This document shows, piece by piece, positions 62,121-64,000 of a DNA stretch of 64,000 bases. The first letter of the stretch is position 1; each line of letters opens with the position of its first letter. The notes beneath the pieces are model-generated. The model was given only the letters and a program-made list of their open reading frames with translations. It searched no databases and was not told the DNA's origin. Source of the stretch: Burkholderiales bacterium (GTDB lineage: Bacteria; Patescibacteriota; Minisyncoccia; Phycocordibacterales; UBA9973); contig JAMPXW010000001.1 of the NCBI GenBank assembly GCA_023701005.1, positions 207,843-271,842 of the forward strand, written 5' to 3'. The position numbers and the translations under genes were made by a program.

Positions 62121-63990
62121 CTTCTTTGCCGTTTATTATTTTTTCTATTTTAAATAATTTGTTTAATTTAGAAATATTTTTCTTTACTGTCATACCACCA
62201 TCTTTGTCTAATTTAATCTCAACTATCATACCCTCCATTGTGTTTTTAGAAAAACCTTGGTCAAAGATAAAATTACCGAGTGAATACATAATATAGCCGT
62301 CTTTGTAAATTTCTGTATCTTCTACAACATGAGGATGATGTCCGACAACTATTTTTGCTCCAGAATCGATAGCTTTATGAGCTAGATATTCTTGTCTTTT
62401 GTTGTGTATTGTCTTGTATTCATCTCCAAAATGAAATGATACTATTAAATGATCTACTAATTTAGATGCATTATTTATTATTTCTTCAAAACGAGGGTTG
62501 TTTGCTAATAGTATTCCGGCACTTTCTTCTGTTGCTTTCATCCAGTTTGGCCCTACATCTGAGAACCCTAGATATCCTATTTTGATACCATATTTTTCTA
62601 TGATTACAGGCCTTTCTGCTTCTGTATTATTTATACCTCCTCCAGTATAAAATATTTCATTTTCTTCTAAACGAGATAGTGTGTCAGCGAAAGCTTCTCT
62701 TTTCCAATCTCCCATATGATTGTTTGCAACAGACATTATATCAAAACCTGCTCCTTTTATAGCTGGTATTACTGAAGGATCCATCCTAAATGAATATAAA
62801 TTACGCATGTCTTTTCCTTTATCTGAGGCGGGTCCTTCTAAATTGGCAAAAGATATATCTGATTTTTTTAATAATGTTAATTTTTCAAACAAAAAAGAAA
62901 AGTCCCCGTTAAAGTTTTTATTCACAGAGCTTTCTACCCCTCGATCGAGCATCATATCTCCGACAAAAGTTAGATTTACATAATCTTGATCATAAATTAT
63001 AGGAAGATCTGTTCTTTCTTTTACCCAAGCTACACTCGCATCAGATGCTCCTCCATAATAAATATTTTTATTTAAATATTTTAAAATATTTTCTACATCT
63101 TTTAATCTATCTTTACTTCTTAAAAGAGAGATAGAGATGTGGCGTGTGCCCGTCTTTGAAAGGGGAAGAGAGAAAGTAGATATGACCGTTTGTAAGGCAG
63201 GATATGTAAAACCGCTTTTACCTCCAGTATAATTTTCCTTACGTAAAAATTGACTTATATTAAACCATGTATGTTTTTTTTCTGAATAATTGCGTTTTGT
63301 TGTTATTTCAAATATGTCTGGATTTTTTAATTTTATATAGCCAGCTAATTTGAACATATCTAAAGCTGTTGATTGATTGTTTGCTGAGAGACCACTAGGG
63401 TCTTCAAAAGATGTCTTTTCTAAATTTAATTTTAAAGAGTTTTGATTCATTCTTTTTATAAAAATATTTCTATCGAAATATTGAGCGATGGCTTCAGCTG
63501 CGTCATTACTAGATTCTAAGAGTAGGGGGTATATCAAAGTAGAAATTTTTATTTTTTCATTTATTTTTAAATTTCCATTATTTCCACTGGTTGTTAATAT
63601 TTTTTGGGAAATCTTCACAGTATCATCTGTATTCATTAATTCTTTAGCTGTTAACGCAGTCATGAGCTTGGAGACAGAAGCTAATGGGAATCTCATATCT
63701 TCATTTTTTTTCAAAATTATTTCTCCTGTATCTAGGTCTCCTACGACATAGGCTTCTGCACTTACTGTAGGTTTTAAATATTGATCTTTCGCAAAATAGG
63801 CCAATTGAGGAATATTCTCTTCTGTGTAAATAGGGTAGCCTTCGATGGCTAATGCTTTATTTTCGGCATTTGTTGTTATTGTTTTAAAATTTATATTTTT
63901 AATTAAAAAAGAAGCCAAAAAGATACCAATAATTATGGAGGATATTATTAAAGTTGTTATTTTTATTTTTTTACTTAATTCAAATTTCAT
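62101..63990 (-). CDS. D-Ala-D-Ala carboxypeptidase (S11) fused to a CapA-family metallophosphatase domain
   Basis: SVSK, SSN, KSG; VGDMML, NLEG, ANNHMGD, HFGDEY, GHHPH, YSLGNF. Confidence 0.88.
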   Translation of the reverse strand: MKFELSKKIKITTLIISSIIIGIFLASFLIKNINFKTITTNAENKALAIEGYPIYTEENIPQLAYFAKDQYLKPTVSAEAYVVGDLDTGEIILKKNEDMRFPLASVSKLMTALTAKELMNTDDTVKISQKILTTSGNNGNLKINEKIKISTLIYPLLLESSNDAAEAIAQYFDRNIFIKRMNQNSLKLNLEKTSFEDPSGLSANNQSTALDMFKLAGYIKLKNPDIFEITTKRNYSEKKHTWFNISQFLRKENYTGGKSGFTYPALQTVISTFSLPLSKTGTRHISISLLRSKDRLKDVENILKYLNKNIYYGGASDASVAWVKERTDLPIIYDQDYVNLTFVGDMMLDRGVESSVNKNFNGDFSFLFEKLTLLKKSDISFANLEGPASDKGKDMRNLYSFRMDPSVIPAIKGAGFDIMSVANNHMGDWKREAFADTLSRLEENEIFYTGGGINNTEAERPVIIEKYGIKIGYLGFSDVGPNWMKATEESAGILLANNPRFEEIINNASKLVDHLIVSFHFGDEYKTIHNKRQEYLAHKAIDSGAKIVVGHHPHVVEDTEIYKDGYIMYSLGNFIFDQGFSKNTMEGMIVEIKLDKDGGMTVKKNISKLNKLFKIEKIINGKEEKLKFK

Positions 63991-64000
63991 ACTAATACGT

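Noticed and set aside
62060-62296. 78-aa plus-strand ORF
   Set aside because: Runs through the terminator repeat and is antisense to dac-capA

Overview
AT-rich, gene-dense bacterial chromosome segment read with genetic code 11. Gene content and style suggest Patescibacteria/CPR, probably Parcubacteria (inference). It carries housekeeping genes (pyrH, map, ndk, infC-rpmI-rplT, smpB/tmRNA, ftsH, recG, ligA, pheST, gyrB, thrS, rpmF, nusB, rnc, smc), a full type IV pilus/competence cluster, a complete proBCA operon, a Doc-type TA module and small accessory ORFans. RNA elements are four tRNAs (including rare Ser-ACT and Ile-TAT), tmRNA, a 6S-like RNA and a minimal T-box. The most notable unexplained structures are four: (1) a standalone Cas2/VapD-like gene bracketed by related palindromes, inside a 56-bp direct repeat, with no CRISPR array; (2) GC-rich palindromes inserted in frame into truB, pheT, nusB, ligA and a pilin; (3) mosaic pilin genes; (4) unusual decoding tRNAs. 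No database searches were run; product calls rest on motif recognition.
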